Part shown: piece after piece, positions 1 to 9,300 of the stretch
Numbering within the stretch: position 1 is the first letter of the stretch
Layout: each line of letters starts with the position of its first letter
Assembly (NCBI GenBank): GCA_005240095.1
Contig: SBAX01000058.1
Location: forward strand, 1 to 63,979
Reading direction: 5' to 3'
Origin: Phycisphaera mikurensis
GTDB taxonomy: Bacteria > Planctomycetota > Phycisphaerae > UBA1845
Length of the DNA stretch: 63,979 nucleotides
The notes under the pieces: generated by a model
Databases searched by the model: none
Told to the model about the DNA's origin: nothing
What the model saw: only the letters and a program-made list of their open reading frames with translations
Made by a program: the position numbers and the translations under genes

Positions 1-268
1 GAGCCAGTGCCACGGTCTCGGCACTACGCCCGCCGGCGTGCTTTCGGGGGTTGAGCCCGACATGCACGTTGTAGCCGGTGTCATTCTCTCGTTTGAGCCG
101 CTCCGCCGCCTCGGGCAATGCCGCCGCCCGGACTGAATCGCACTGCACGTCCTTGCCCTTGATTAGCCGAAGGTCCAGGATGTCGGCCGGATCGTACAGG
201 CAGGCGACGAATTGCCTGAGTTGCTCTGCGGTGTTATCGACATCATCCGACGAATTGTGTAGAATCAT
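1..268 (-). CDS. N-terminal part of a mobile-element replication/primase-like protein (runs off the left edge)
   Basis: This ORF is absent from the ORF track because no stop lies in the window. A reverse-strand ATG at 268 (cat at 266-268) opens a stop-free frame to position 1: MILHNSSDDVDNTAEQLRQFVACLYDPADILDLRLIKGKDVQCDSVRAAALPEAAERLKRENDTGYNVHVGLNPRK... The LDLR.I... plus GYNVHVG.NPR pattern resembles the N-termini of plasmid/phage primase-polymerase proteins. This assignment is from memory only. Confidence 0.35.
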   Translation of the reverse strand, partial: MILHNSSDDVDNTAEQLRQFVACLYDPADILDLRLIKGKDVQCDSVRAAALPEAAERLKRENDTGYNVHVGLNPRKHAGGRSAETVALA

Positions 269-334
269 CCTTGAATCCTTGAAATTGCCCGTCCGCCCAA
301 TGGTTCTCGCGTGGCGGGCGGGCTTTTCAATTCC

Positions 335-613
335 CTAGATGCCTACGCTATCCAATTGCTTCTCAACGTCCCGTTGACGTGCCGCGTTGGTGCCAGGCGG
401 TGGCACTGCCGCCGGGTTGGTGCACTTCTGCACAAAACGGGCAATCGCCTCGCGTGACGTGAACCACCTTCCGCCAACCTTGACGACTTCGAGGCGTTTG
501 TTGCCGGGCTTATCGAACGCCCAGCGGTAGAGTGTGCTTAGGTCGGGACGGCCCGGGATGTACGTCCGGGCCTCCTTCAGCGGAAAAGTCTTCTCTTTTG
601 CAATGTCAATCAT
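335..613 (-). CDS. Excisionase-like / DUF1580-like helix-turn-helix DNA-binding protein
   Basis: 92 aa. The motif LSTLYRWAFDKPGNKRLEVVKVGGRWFTSREAIARFV matches the ..tl.RW...G.kLe..k.GGr..TS.eAi.RF pattern of Xis/HTH_17 and planctomycete DUF1580 proteins. An AAGGAAG RBS lies upstream of ATG 613. The gene sits next to an integrase. Confidence 0.6.
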   Translation of the reverse strand: MIDIAKEKTFPLKEARTYIPGRPDLSTLYRWAFDKPGNKRLEVVKVGGRWFTSREAIARFVQKCTNPAAVPPPGTNAARQRDVEKQLDSVGI

Positions 614-665
614 GGTGGCTTCCTTTCAGGCAAAGCGTTGCCGTTTGCCCTAGGAAACCACCGAT

Positions 666-693
666 TTTTGGACAGTAAGAGCACTGTCCAAAA
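666..693. promoter_or_regulatory. Perfect 11-bp inverted repeat (TTTTGGACAGT-6 nt-ACTGTCCAAAA): operator- or terminator-like
   Basis: Read directly from the sequence. The arms are at 666-676 and 683-693 with a 6-nt spacer, followed by a T6 run at 696-701 on the plus strand. It lies in the 94-bp gap between the 250-aa ORF stop (708) and the HTH gene start (613). Confidence 0.5.
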
Positions 694-707
694 GATTTTT
701 TCGGGTC

Positions 708-1460
708 TTACCGTCCGGCTTCGCGGCGGGCCCGGAACACGGTCTTCGGATTGATGGACAGCTCTCTAGCGACCTCCCGATCAGCCCCGGTCTTGTCGTG
801 GCCCTGTGCCCGCAATTCATCCCAGCGGCGGACATAGCTGGCATATTTCTCGCGGACTTGCCGATCGGTGCCGTGGACGGATTCCTTAGCCGTGCGGCCT
901 CCGGCGATGGTCGCCATGCCTGCCGAGAACACGGGATTGAACCAGCGGGCCTCCATGAGGGTAACCAACCGCATGAGGCGGGCTCCCATGCGGACCAGGG
1001 CGGTCTTGTCGTTGTGCAACTCGCCGTCGATCACGCCCTCCGCCAAGGTGATGATGTTGTTGACCTCCACCAGCAGGCGGATGGCGTCGCGGGCCAGCTC
1101 GTGGTCGGGAACCTCGGACTCGGGCAAACGAAACACCTTCACCGGCTCGATGCCGTGCTCCTTGAGAATGCGATACGAGTACAGCTCGAATACGGCGAGC
1201 GTTTGGGAAAGCGAAAAAGCGTTCTCCGTCCACTGGATCGCCGCGTTGCGAATCCGCAGCAGGCAGATGGCTTGCAGCAGATGCGACGCTCGCTTGTGGT
1301 CATCGTGGGAGACTCCGAAGATTCGATCGGCAATAGGCTTCGCCTGATCTATCTCCGCCTTCGTGGCGGGCTTGTCCTGCATGGCGAGGAAGGCAGTCAG
1401 AACCGACGACGTGCCGAAAATGCGGTCCGCTTCGCCGGGTATCGGGATTTGGTGGAGCAT
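708..1460 (-). CDS. Hypothetical helical protein of the integrative element with a C-terminal HTH-like tail
   Basis: 250-aa ORF between the integrase and the excisionase-like gene. The C-terminus ADREVARELSINPKTVFRARREAGR looks like a short HTH. I recognise no family. Confidence 0.5.
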   Translation of the reverse strand: MLHQIPIPGEADRIFGTSSVLTAFLAMQDKPATKAEIDQAKPIADRIFGVSHDDHKRASHLLQAICLLRIRNAAIQWTENAFSLSQTLAVFELYSYRILKEHGIEPVKVFRLPESEVPDHELARDAIRLLVEVNNIITLAEGVIDGELHNDKTALVRMGARLMRLVTLMEARWFNPVFSAGMATIAGGRTAKESVHGTDRQVREKYASYVRRWDELRAQGHDKTGADREVARELSINPKTVFRARREAGR

Positions 1461-1574
1461 GTTCGTACCCTTTCGATTCGGGCGGGTCGAACGTGACGAC
1501 TGGCAAGGGTACTAACCAGCCGTCACGTCCGGCCCTTCACGCGGTCATGACTCCGCGTGCCCGTCGTTTTCATT

Positions 1575-2876
1575 CTAACCGAGCTTGGCCATGACCGTCT
1601 TGGCCACGGCCGTATCGCGTTCGGCGTAAATCTCCGTCGCTGCCACGTGCTGGTGACCGAGGACGATCCTCGACGCTTCAACACCGAACTCTCTGCGGAT
1701 TCGCGTCCCGCACGTATGCCGCAACTGGTGAGGCGTCCAGGTGTGCTCCCGATTCCAGGCCGTCAACTTCGCTCGATTCGCCCGCCGCCACTGGGCCCGG
1801 ACCTTGTATCGCCGCTTCTCCGGCGTCTGAGCGAGCAAGGCCACTTCCTCGGGATGCAGCCAGGCCTGCCGACAAGCCCGCTCAATCGCCCGGCGATAGA
1901 CATCGACGGTGTACCGATCTCGCTGGACCGCTGGGCGTTGCTTCCGTCGGCGCCGATACCGTGCCAGGTGCGACGGCCACAGCGGCGTCTTGCGATTCTG
2001 GCGGCGTTTGGTGCGGTCCGCCTCGACGGCCTCGGCGGGCTGGAACAGATATTCCTCAAGGTTCTTGCGAAGGAACGGCTTGATGATCTCCTTGGCCTTG
2101 GGCCCGAGGGTTACCTCGCGTTCGATGTCCAGGTGCTCGGTCTTGTGAAATGCGGGCCGGTAAATCCACAGCTCGCCCGTCATGTCCAAGTCACAGCCTC
2201 GCATGATGCAGGTCTCGGTGGGCCTCATGCCCGTGCAATTCTGAAGCTCAATCATCGCCCGGACCGGCGGCGTGACGTGCGGCAGGACGGCCGCGATATG
2301 CTCCTCGGGAACCGCCCGGACCTTCCGTGGGCCTCGGGCGGACGTTTCGCCACGTCTGAGGTTCTTGACCTCTTCCAGGGCCTTGGAAACGTCGGGCCTC
2401 ACCAAGCCCTCGACCACGGCCCGGCTGAACGCCCGCTTGATGATCTTCACCCGGTCGTTGACCGTCCCTAACGTCCAGCCCTCAGCGACGTAGGCTCTGC
2501 GGAGAGCTTCCAGCTTCAAGGGTGTGAAGGCCTCGGCGGGCTCGGGCCCGAACAGCTTCCGCAGCGGCGACATGGCGGCCTTGATGTGCCGCATGATGTC
2601 CGCAGTCGTGCGGCGGGTCGCGTAGTGCTCCTCGGCGTACCGCACGTACATCAGGATCAGTTCGTTGACCGTGGCGGCGACGGGCTCCTCGGTAGCTACC
2701 GGCGGTAGCCGCCGACCGTTGTGCAGCCAGACGGCCACGAGGCGGTCGTACTCGGCTCGACTCTGCCGATCGTGGAAGGGCCCGAGGTAGTGGTCGCGAC
2801 CGTCGAGGGTGACGACGGCTTGACCGGATGGTTTGTGCAGACGGTAACTCGGTACTTTCGGTTTGCGATTCGGCAT
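1575..2876 (-). CDS. Tyrosine recombinase / phage-type integrase
   Basis: 433 aa. The C-terminal catalytic region is ..GMRPTE.. / HQLRHTCGTRIRREFG / VLGHQHVAATEIYAERD (R..HxxR..H..Y signature). The N-terminal SAM-like domain contains LKLEALRRAY. The gene is adjacent to the 3' end of a tRNA. Confidence 0.9.
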   Translation of the reverse strand: MPNRKPKVPSYRLHKPSGQAVVTLDGRDHYLGPFHDRQSRAEYDRLVAVWLHNGRRLPPVATEEPVAATVNELILMYVRYAEEHYATRRTTADIMRHIKAAMSPLRKLFGPEPAEAFTPLKLEALRRAYVAEGWTLGTVNDRVKIIKRAFSRAVVEGLVRPDVSKALEEVKNLRRGETSARGPRKVRAVPEEHIAAVLPHVTPPVRAMIELQNCTGMRPTETCIMRGCDLDMTGELWIYRPAFHKTEHLDIEREVTLGPKAKEIIKPFLRKNLEEYLFQPAEAVEADRTKRRQNRKTPLWPSHLARYRRRRKQRPAVQRDRYTVDVYRRAIERACRQAWLHPEEVALLAQTPEKRRYKVRAQWRRANRAKLTAWNREHTWTPHQLRHTCGTRIRREFGVEASRIVLGHQHVAATEIYAERDTAVAKTVMAKLG

Positions 2877-2891
2877 GGTGCGGCTCCCAAA

Positions 2892-2915
2892 CCCGGTAGA
2901 CTACCGGGCATTTTT
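2892..2915. terminator. Hairpin CCCGGTA-GAC-TACCGGG followed by T5 (core of a longer imperfect palindrome at 2878-2933)
   Basis: The stem is at 2892-2898/2902-2908 and the T-run at 2911-2915 on the plus strand, with TTTGGG after it on the minus strand. The outer arms GTGCGGC (2878-2884) and GCCGCAC (2927-2933) also pair. It sits between the tRNA 3' end and the integrase start. Confidence 0.4.
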
Positions 2916-2985
2916 GGGTTTTCGGTGCCGCACTGCCGCACGCGGGCAGGTATCTAAGTCCTTGATCCGGCGTGGTTTACGTCAC

Positions 2986-3059
2986 TGGGCCCACGAAGAT
3001 TCGAACTTCGGACCTCGTCGTTATCAGCGACGCGCTCTAACCAACTGAGCTATGAGCCC
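2986..3059 (-). tRNA. tRNA-Ile (anticodon GAU)
   Basis: The reverse complement reads GGGCTCATAGCTCAGTTGGTTAGAGCGCGTCGCTGATAACGACGAGGTCCGAAGTTCGAATCTTCGTGGGCCCA. It has a 7-bp acceptor stem, a D-loop AGCTCAGTTGGTTAGAGC, an anticodon stem CGTCG/CGACG with loop CTGATAA (GAT), and a T-arm GTTCGAATC. No CCA is encoded. Confidence 0.9.
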
Positions 3060-3136
3060 TTGCTAGATACAAGAAACTGGAAACTAGGGACTAGAAGCCA
3101 CAAGCCTGTCCTTCCAGCGCCTTGCGTTCCCGACCC

Positions 3137-3164
3137 AATGTAATCAGCCGTTGGGCCGTGTCAA
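3137..3164 (-). promoter_or_regulatory. Candidate sigma-70 promoter TTGACA-16-TACATT upstream of tRNA-Ile
   Basis: On the minus strand, TTGACA is at 3164-3159 and TACATT at 3142-3137, separated by a 16-nt spacer. This is about 75 nt upstream of the tRNA 5' end. Confidence 0.3.
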
Positions 3165-3197
3165 ACTACGTGCCAGCAGCCAACCTGCCCGGCGCGA

Positions 3198-4028
3198 TCA
3201 GCCGGGCCAGTCGCCCTCGAAAACCTCGACGGCAGGCCCGGTCATGTAGACGTGGTCGTTGGCCCCCCATTCAACATCCAGTTCGCCGCCGGGTAATGAG
3301 GCTGTAATGCGGCGTTCCGTGCGCCCGGTGAGCGCTCCCGCGACGCAGACGGCGCAGGCTCCGGAGCCGCAGGCCCGCGTAGCGCCGCTCCCGCGCTCCC
3401 AGTGCCGGACCGTCACATGCGCGCGGTCATCGACACGGACGAAATGGGCGTTGATCCTTCGAGGGAAGAACGTGGAATGTTCGAACCTCGGCCCCAAGTC
3501 TACAAGGTCGACTTTGTGCAGGTCGCGGGTGAAGACGACGGCGTGGGGATTGCCCATGGATACGCAGGTAACCTGATACTCGGTACCGCCCAGGGTAATC
3601 GGATAATCGATCACGCGCTCGACGACGATCGTCGTGGGAATCGATGAGGCATCGAGGACCGGCTTCCCCATGTCCACACGCACGGATTGCACGACACCGT
3701 TCTTGATCATGCAGTCGAGAGTTTTCACGCCCGCGTCCGTCTCGATCCGAAGGTGCGGACCGGCGGCCAGCCCGTGCTCGACGACGTACTTCGCGACACA
3801 GCGAATGCCGTTTCCGCACATTTCCCCGCGGGAGCCTTCTGCGTTGTACATCTCCATTCGGGCGTCCGCGACCTTCGAGGGACAGATAAGAATCAACCCG
3901 TCGCTGCCGATCCCGGTATGGCGGTCGGAAACCAGCTTGGCAAGTCGCTCCGGCTCGGCTATGCGTTCCGTAAAGGCATTGACGTAGACGTAATCGTTGC
4001 CGAGCCCGTGCATCTTTGTGAATCGCAT
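3198..4028 (-). CDS. dapF: Diaminopimelate epimerase
   Basis: 276 aa. It carries MRFTKMHGLGNDYVYV, the two catalytic Cys contexts (GEMCGNGIRC and ACGSGACA), and has typical length. Confidence 0.9.
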   Translation of the reverse strand: MRFTKMHGLGNDYVYVNAFTERIAEPERLAKLVSDRHTGIGSDGLILICPSKVADARMEMYNAEGSRGEMCGNGIRCVAKYVVEHGLAAGPHLRIETDAGVKTLDCMIKNGVVQSVRVDMGKPVLDASSIPTTIVVERVIDYPITLGGTEYQVTCVSMGNPHAVVFTRDLHKVDLVDLGPRFEHSTFFPRRINAHFVRVDDRAHVTVRHWERGSGATRACGSGACAVCVAGALTGRTERRITASLPGGELDVEWGANDHVYMTGPAVEVFEGDWPG

Positions 4029-4081
4029 GAAGCCATTCTAGCCCGGCAGGACCCCGCCGGGGAGACGCCCCCTTGGGGCGC

Positions 4082-4108
4082 AAAAAAAACGCCCGCCGGA
4101 AGCGGGCG
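4082..4108 (-). terminator. Rho-independent terminator after the Lys-rich gene
   Basis: On the minus strand the sequence is CGCCCGC-TTCCG-GCGGGCG followed by T8 (plus-strand A8 at 4082-4089; stem at 4090-4096/4102-4108). It lies 32 nt past the stop at 4140. Confidence 0.65.
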
Positions 4109-4139
4109 CTTGCGTACGTTGTCCTCGACTGTCTGTTGA

Positions 4140-4469
4140 TTAGGCAGCCGGGGCCAGAGTCTTCTTCTTCGTTTCCTGCTTCTCTATGCGCTTCTTCTTC
4201 CGTTCCGAGACCGTGTCCTCCGCTTCGGCTCGCTCCTTTCGCTCGCTAGGCGCCTTCTCGACCTCCTCCTTCGTTGCCTTGGGAGCCTTCCGCTTGTCAG
4301 TCTTGGTCTCGGCGACCTTTTCCGATTTCTTCCGTTCCGTCGGAACTGCCTTGGTGAAATCCTTGGCGCTCGACTCGTCACCACGGAGGACGAAATAGTA
4401 GGATCCCGCGCCCAACACCCCAACAGCCACCAGGGCGAGCAACATCTTTTTCTTTTTTTGATCGTCCAT
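4140..4469 (-). CDS. Small membrane-anchored protein with a Lys/Glu-rich tail
   Basis: The ORF track start is TTG at 4493. ATG 4469 (MDDQKKKKMLLALVAVGVLGAGSYYFVL...) has a GGGAGG about 10 nt upstream. The protein has one TM helix followed by a K/E/R-rich tail. No family recognised. Confidence 0.5.
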   Translation of the reverse strand: MDDQKKKKMLLALVAVGVLGAGSYYFVLRGDESSAKDFTKAVPTERKKSEKVAETKTDKRKAPKATKEEVEKAPSERKERAEAEDTVSERKKKRIEKQETKKKTLAPAA

Positions 4470-4522
4470 CGGGTCTTGCCTCCCGCTTTTCAAGGGCTCA
4501 AAACGGATACGTCCCTGTAGAG

Positions 4523-4551
4523 AGTATGACCGGGTCGCGGCAATGAGTCAA
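4523..4551 (-). promoter_or_regulatory. Candidate sigma-70 promoter TTGACT-17-CATACT for the Lys-rich gene
   Basis: On the minus strand, TTGACT is at 4551-4546 and CATACT at 4528-4523, separated by a 17-nt spacer. Confidence 0.35.
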
Positions 4552-4627
4552 GATGCGGCGGGAAGTCCCTCCACACGGGCTGTTACATGGGCGTCACCGA
4601 CCACCCGCCGAAAGGCCGACCGGAAGC

Positions 4628-5380
4628 TTACACGAGCCCCGCGGAGGCGATTTCGGCCTCCGTTCGGCGTAGCTCCGGTAGAAGCCAATCGCGGACTTCC
4701 CTGGCTTCCTGAGCCATCTTGATCTGCCGAGCGGGCACACCGACCACCGTGGACATCGGCGCTACGTCGCGGATCACGACTGCCCCGGCGCCAACCACAG
4801 CCTCGTAGCCTACGCGAACGCTCTGGATCACGGTGGCGCCAATGCCCACAAACGCCCCCGATTCGATCATCACGCGGCCGGCTATCCGAGCCCCCGGGCA
4901 CACGTGGGTACCTGTCCCAATCACGGACTCGTGGTCCACGATGCACCCCGTGTTCAGGATCACCGAGTCCCCGATCTGACAATGTGCGCAGACCAGGGCA
5001 CCGGCCGCGACGACGATATTGCGGCCAGTATTGACGTTCCGGGCCAGGTTGGCGGAGGGGTGGATCGCGTTGATCAACTCGAAGCCCCAAGCGTCGAGCC
5101 GGTCGGCCAGCTCGCGCCGTGCCCCGTTGTCACCGACAGCCACGATGGCGCATTCAATCTCCAGCAGGCGCCGAAGTTCGGGCAAGTCATCAGGGTGTCC
5201 GAGGACCTTCAGCCCATCCACGCGACGGCCAGTCAGTTGTCGGTTGGAATCCACGAACCCGACCGGCTCGTAGCGGTTAGCTTGGACGAGAACGTCGAGG
5301 ACGACGCGGCCGTGCCCCCCGCTACCCAGGATGATGCAACGCGGGCGGGCGTCGGATTTGGGCGGGGACTTACCTCGCAT
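4628..5380 (-). CDS. NeuD/PglD-family sugar acyltransferase (left-handed beta-helix)
   Basis: 250 aa. The N-terminal Rossmann-like segment is CIILGSGGHGRVVLDVL...YEPVGFVDS, and the C-terminus has hexapeptide repeats (IGDSVILNTGCIVDHESVIGTGTHVCPGARIAG). Confidence 0.75.
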   Translation of the reverse strand: MRGKSPPKSDARPRCIILGSGGHGRVVLDVLVQANRYEPVGFVDSNRQLTGRRVDGLKVLGHPDDLPELRRLLEIECAIVAVGDNGARRELADRLDAWGFELINAIHPSANLARNVNTGRNIVVAAGALVCAHCQIGDSVILNTGCIVDHESVIGTGTHVCPGARIAGRVMIESGAFVGIGATVIQSVRVGYEAVVGAGAVVIRDVAPMSTVVGVPARQIKMAQEAREVRDWLLPELRRTEAEIASAGLV

Positions 5381-5567
5381 GAGAACTCCTTCGTTCGACT
5401 TATCGGTCAGTCGAGAGGCCCGCTGGACGATTTCGGCTCAACGGGCGTCGACCTACTGGTTAGGCGCTTTGAGACGGACCCCGCGGAGTGCCGATTGACT
5501 GTGAGCCCCAGCACCCGTAGTGTGCAGAGGACGCCGATCCGCCGGCAGCCGTAACCTATTGACGCCC

Positions 5568-6341
5568 ATGAACTTACATCTCGACAGGCAGTCCACGACC
5601 TCACGCCGTTGGATTCCCCTTCCGTTTGCCCTGGCGGTGTTGTTGCTGGGCGCGGCCGCGATTCTCGCCGGCCCGGCCGCCCGCCTCTGGGACTTCAGTC
5701 AGGTCAAGGCCCCCCTTCCCCTGGTGAAGCCTTTGGGGGCCCTGGATGAGGCCACGCTGCTCCCCTACCGCGTCATCGAAAGGCAGGCCTTGGATGCAAC
5801 GGTCATCGATGCCCTTGGGACTGATCAGTATTTGAACTGGCTTCTGGAAGACACCAGCGTCCCCCCTACCGACCCTCTGCGATTCGTCCAGCTATTCATC
5901 ACCTACGACACCGGCGGGCACAACCTCGTGCCGCACACGCCTGACGAATGCAGGCTGGGCGCTGGTTATCAACCCGCCCAAGCTCACGAGAACATAGAAG
6001 TCTCAGTACCGCGGCTGGCGAACCTCAGTCCATCCATCCCGGTGCGGGTTTGCACGTTCATGAAAACCGCGGTCTTCCACAAAGAGCAGACCTCCGTGGT
6101 CTATACTTTCTACACCAACGGTCGCTTCACCTGCACACGCAACGGAGTACGATTGCTCATTAACGATCCCGCCCAGAAGCATGCGTTCTTCAGCAAGGTG
6201 GAAGTGTCCTTCCCCCGTGCTACGCGAGAGCAGACCGTCCGGGGTGCGGCAAAACTCTTCGATCAGCTGCTGCCCACCCTGCTTCGTGATCACTATCCGA
6301 ACTTTTCCGCTGCGGAGGAAGCTGCCCGAAAGGGCGCCTAG
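5568..6341 (+). CDS. EpsI-like (DUF3485-like, exosortase-associated type) membrane-anchored protein
   Basis: I prefer the ATG at 5568 (MNLHLDRQ..) to the GTG at 5520. The protein has one N-terminal TM (WIPLPFALAVLLLGAAAILAG). FVQLFITYDTGGHNLVPHTPDECRLGAGY resembles the v.l.iayy....HsPe.ClpG.Gw core of EpsI-family proteins. Assignment from memory only. Confidence 0.5.
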   Translation: MNLHLDRQSTTSRRWIPLPFALAVLLLGAAAILAGPAARLWDFSQVKAPLPLVKPLGALDEATLLPYRVIERQALDATVIDALGTDQYLNWLLEDTSVPPTDPLRFVQLFITYDTGGHNLVPHTPDECRLGAGYQPAQAHENIEVSVPRLANLSPSIPVRVCTFMKTAVFHKEQTSVVYTFYTNGRFTCTRNGVRLLINDPAQKHAFFSKVEVSFPRATREQTVRGAAKLFDQLLPTLLRDHYPNFSAAEEAARKGA

Positions 6342-6370
6342 CGCCCGCTCGACGAAGAGGGAACCGTCAA

Positions 6371-9300
6371 ATGGCTGCCAAACAATTGAACAAGCGACTC
6401 GTTGTGGGATTGGGGCTCTTCGGCTTCGCCTGCATGATCCTGCTGTCCGTGCTCATGCTTCGACAGCTCCAGCGCCGGGACCCGAAGTACTTCGTGCAGT
6501 TGGCCGAAACGGCGGCGGCCCAGGAGCAATGGCAGCAGGCCGCCCTCTTCTATAACGAAGCCTGGGAACGAAGCGGCGAGGCACGGTTCCTGGTTGATGC
6601 CGGCGAGATGCTCCTCCGCGAGGGCGACCCCGGCAGCGCCGTTCGTGCCTGGAAGCAAGCCTTGGTTCACCAACCCGACCTCCTCCGGGCCCATGAGCGA
6701 CAGGTGGCCCTGCTGGTGCAAACTGCCCAGTTGTACGCCACTCCGCAGCGCTGGCAGCAGGTCAGCGATGCCGCCGAGGCCCTTCTGGCGGCGGCACCAA
6801 GCGACGCCCTGGAGCAGCGAGCATTAGCTCAGCACGCTCGTGGATTGGCGCTTCTCAATCTTGAAAGCCAGGATGCCGGGAACGCTGAGCGGGGCATCGC
6901 CGCCATTACCGAAGCGACCAGACTCGCCCCGGGCAACGTCGAGTACGCCATCGATCTGGCACGCGAGTTGATTCGCCAGGAGCGCGTCGACCAGGGGCAG
7001 CAAGTCTATCTTGCCCTGATCCAGCAACACACCGCACCTGGCGGTGACGCTTCCAGGGCACGCCTGGCGTATGCGCAGCACTTGGCCGAAAAGCAGCGCC
7101 TGGATGAAGCGGAGACGTTCTTTCACCAAAGCATGGATTCAGCGGGAGGCGATCCGAGCGCCTTGCGCGAGGCCAAGATCGGTTACGCCCGGTTCATTTC
7201 CTATCGGTGGGTTGCGGCCGTCCGCGAAGGGACGTCCAAACAAGCCGCGGATGACCTTTTCGCTCAGGCGGAGAAGATCCTCCGCGAGTGTATTGAGGCA
7301 GAACCGGACGAGTTCGAGCCTTATCTGCAGACCGCCTTCCTCTACAAAGCAGCCCAGCGTCACGCGGACGTGGTTGATATCTGCGAAGCGCGAATTCGTC
7401 GCGGACTCTCGCGAAAGGGTGTCGAGGCTACACAAAACAGGGTCAGGATGTTCACCTTGATGATCAACGCTTCGGAGGCGTGTGTGGCGCTGGGCGTGAA
7501 GGCGGACGATGTAGCCGAACGGGAGAAATGGCTCGCCAAGGCCGAGCAGTACGTAGCTGACGCCAAGGGAGAGTCGGCCAGTCATCCGCGTGTGCTCAGT
7601 CAAGCAGGTCGCGTGAAGCTCGCCCGCGGGCAAGACCGTGAAGCCCTCAAAGAGCTTCGTGCGGCGGATGAGGCTTACGGCACCTATGATGCCGTGAACT
7701 GGGAAAACAAGATCATTCTCGCTCAGGTCCACATGCGCCTAAGCGAGGCAGGCGCCGCCAGAGACGTGCTGGAGAGCGTCCTGGACAAGGCCATGCGCTA
7801 CCGTTCGCGCGATCCCATCTTCTGGAATCTCTATGCCCAGGTACTCCTCGCGAACAACGACCTCGACCGGGCCCTGGCGATCTGCGACCGAGTGCTGCTT
7901 CTCGATTCCAGCAACACCGATGCGCGGCAGTTGAAAGCGGCCATCCATGAGCGCCAGGGCAAACTCGAAGTCGCGGGGATGGAACACGAGAAGGCCACGG
8001 GCTCTCCGACGATCCGGGCGATGCTGCAGGCCCGGGCGTTGGGCCTCGGCGGTGAACAGGAAGCGGCAGTCCAGGTACTTCTATCGGCGCTGGAACACGA
8101 TCCCGCCGATAGCCGTCTCGTGGCCGCTACGATCAACGAACTCATCAACCTGAACCGCCATGACGACGCGCAGAGCGTCGCCGCCCGGGCCCTCGCGGTC
8201 AAGCCGGATGATCTCCGCCTGCAGCAGCTCTCGCTTCTCGCACGACGCGACCTGACGCCTCAGCAGCGCGACGAGGCCACCTTGCAACTCCTTATGGCGG
8301 AGGAGGACGATCTACAGCGCGATCTCGACCTGGCGATGTTCTACGCCCGCAAGGAGAAGCTTGCCGAAGCGGTGCAGGCTCTCGACAGCGCCGAACGGCA
8401 CATTCTCGCGAAGGATACCCCCCTCGGGCGCTCGGCGACGGCGACGCAGCACGCGGCCGTTCTCAAGGCCAAGATCCGGGCAGCGGCGCAGATGGAGGAC
8501 ATCGCGGCCATGGGGGCCGCTCGCGACTCCGCGGCGCGCCACAACGTGGACGGTGCGGGTGGGAAGTCCCTGCTCGGTTGGTACCACCTGCAACGGCAAG
8601 AATACGAGCTCGCGGTCAATGCCTATCGTGACGCCATTGCCGCTCAGCCCACCGATGCCACCTCGCTGGCTCATCTCGCCCAGTGCCTGCAGGTGCTTGG
8701 ACGCCTCGATGAAGCCAAGGCCGCCTACGAACAAGCTGTGGAGATCAATCCCAATGAGGGCATTGCCCACCAGGGCCTGGCCATGATCGCCCAGGCCCGC
8801 GGCGACACGGAGGGTTTCGCCAGGGAGCTGGCCATCTGTGAGCGGCTCCTGCCCAACGAACCGTGGGTACGCGAACAGGTGACCATCCGAACGGAAGAGG
8901 GCGATCCCGCCGGTGCGATTTCCCGCCGCGAGGCTCGCCTCGCCGAATCCCCCGACGACGCGTGGAATCTTCAGCGACTCGCAATCCTCTATGAGAACGC
9001 TGGTGATTACGTGAACGCCGAGCAGGCCCATGCCCGGCTGCGGGAGCTACGTCCCAGCGATGAAAGAGTCGTCATGGCATCTGCGGCTTTCTACCGCCGA
9101 ACCGATCGTGAGGAGGAAGGCCTGGCCCTCGTCAGACAGTTCGCCGAATCGCGTACAGACCCCAAGCAACGGGCGGTCGCCGCGCTGATTCTGGCCAACG
9201 AGCAAATCCAGCTGCGCAGGCTTGAGGATGCCGAAAAGACGCTCCTCACCGCCCATGAAACGTCGCCCTCGTTGGATGTCGCCCGGGGCATCGCGGAGTT

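Larger units (their letters stand above)
1..2985. mobile_element. Right end of an integrative element / prophage-like island inserted at tRNA-Ile (left boundary lies outside the window)
   Basis: The integrase reads away from the 3' end of tRNA-Ile (110-nt gap). Together with the Xis-like HTH, an unknown gene and the primase-like fragment, this is the classical tRNA-3'-end integration layout. Confidence 0.6.

Noticed and set aside
708-1460. HEPN-like R-x4-H (YRILKEHG) and RN-type (LRIRNAAIQW) strings in the island 250-aa protein, hinting at an abortive-infection RNase.
   Set aside because: The residue after Arg is hydrophobic in the first string, and the second lacks the His. Isolated short strings in a helical protein do not support a HEPN call.
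3159-3175. A second TGGCAC-N5-TTGA (sigma-54-like) element on the minus strand, upstream of tRNA-Ile.
   Set aside because: An RpoN-dependent tRNA promoter is implausible. The TTGACA part fits better as the -35 of a sigma-70 promoter (TTGACA-16-TACATT), so the TGGCAC is probably coincidental.
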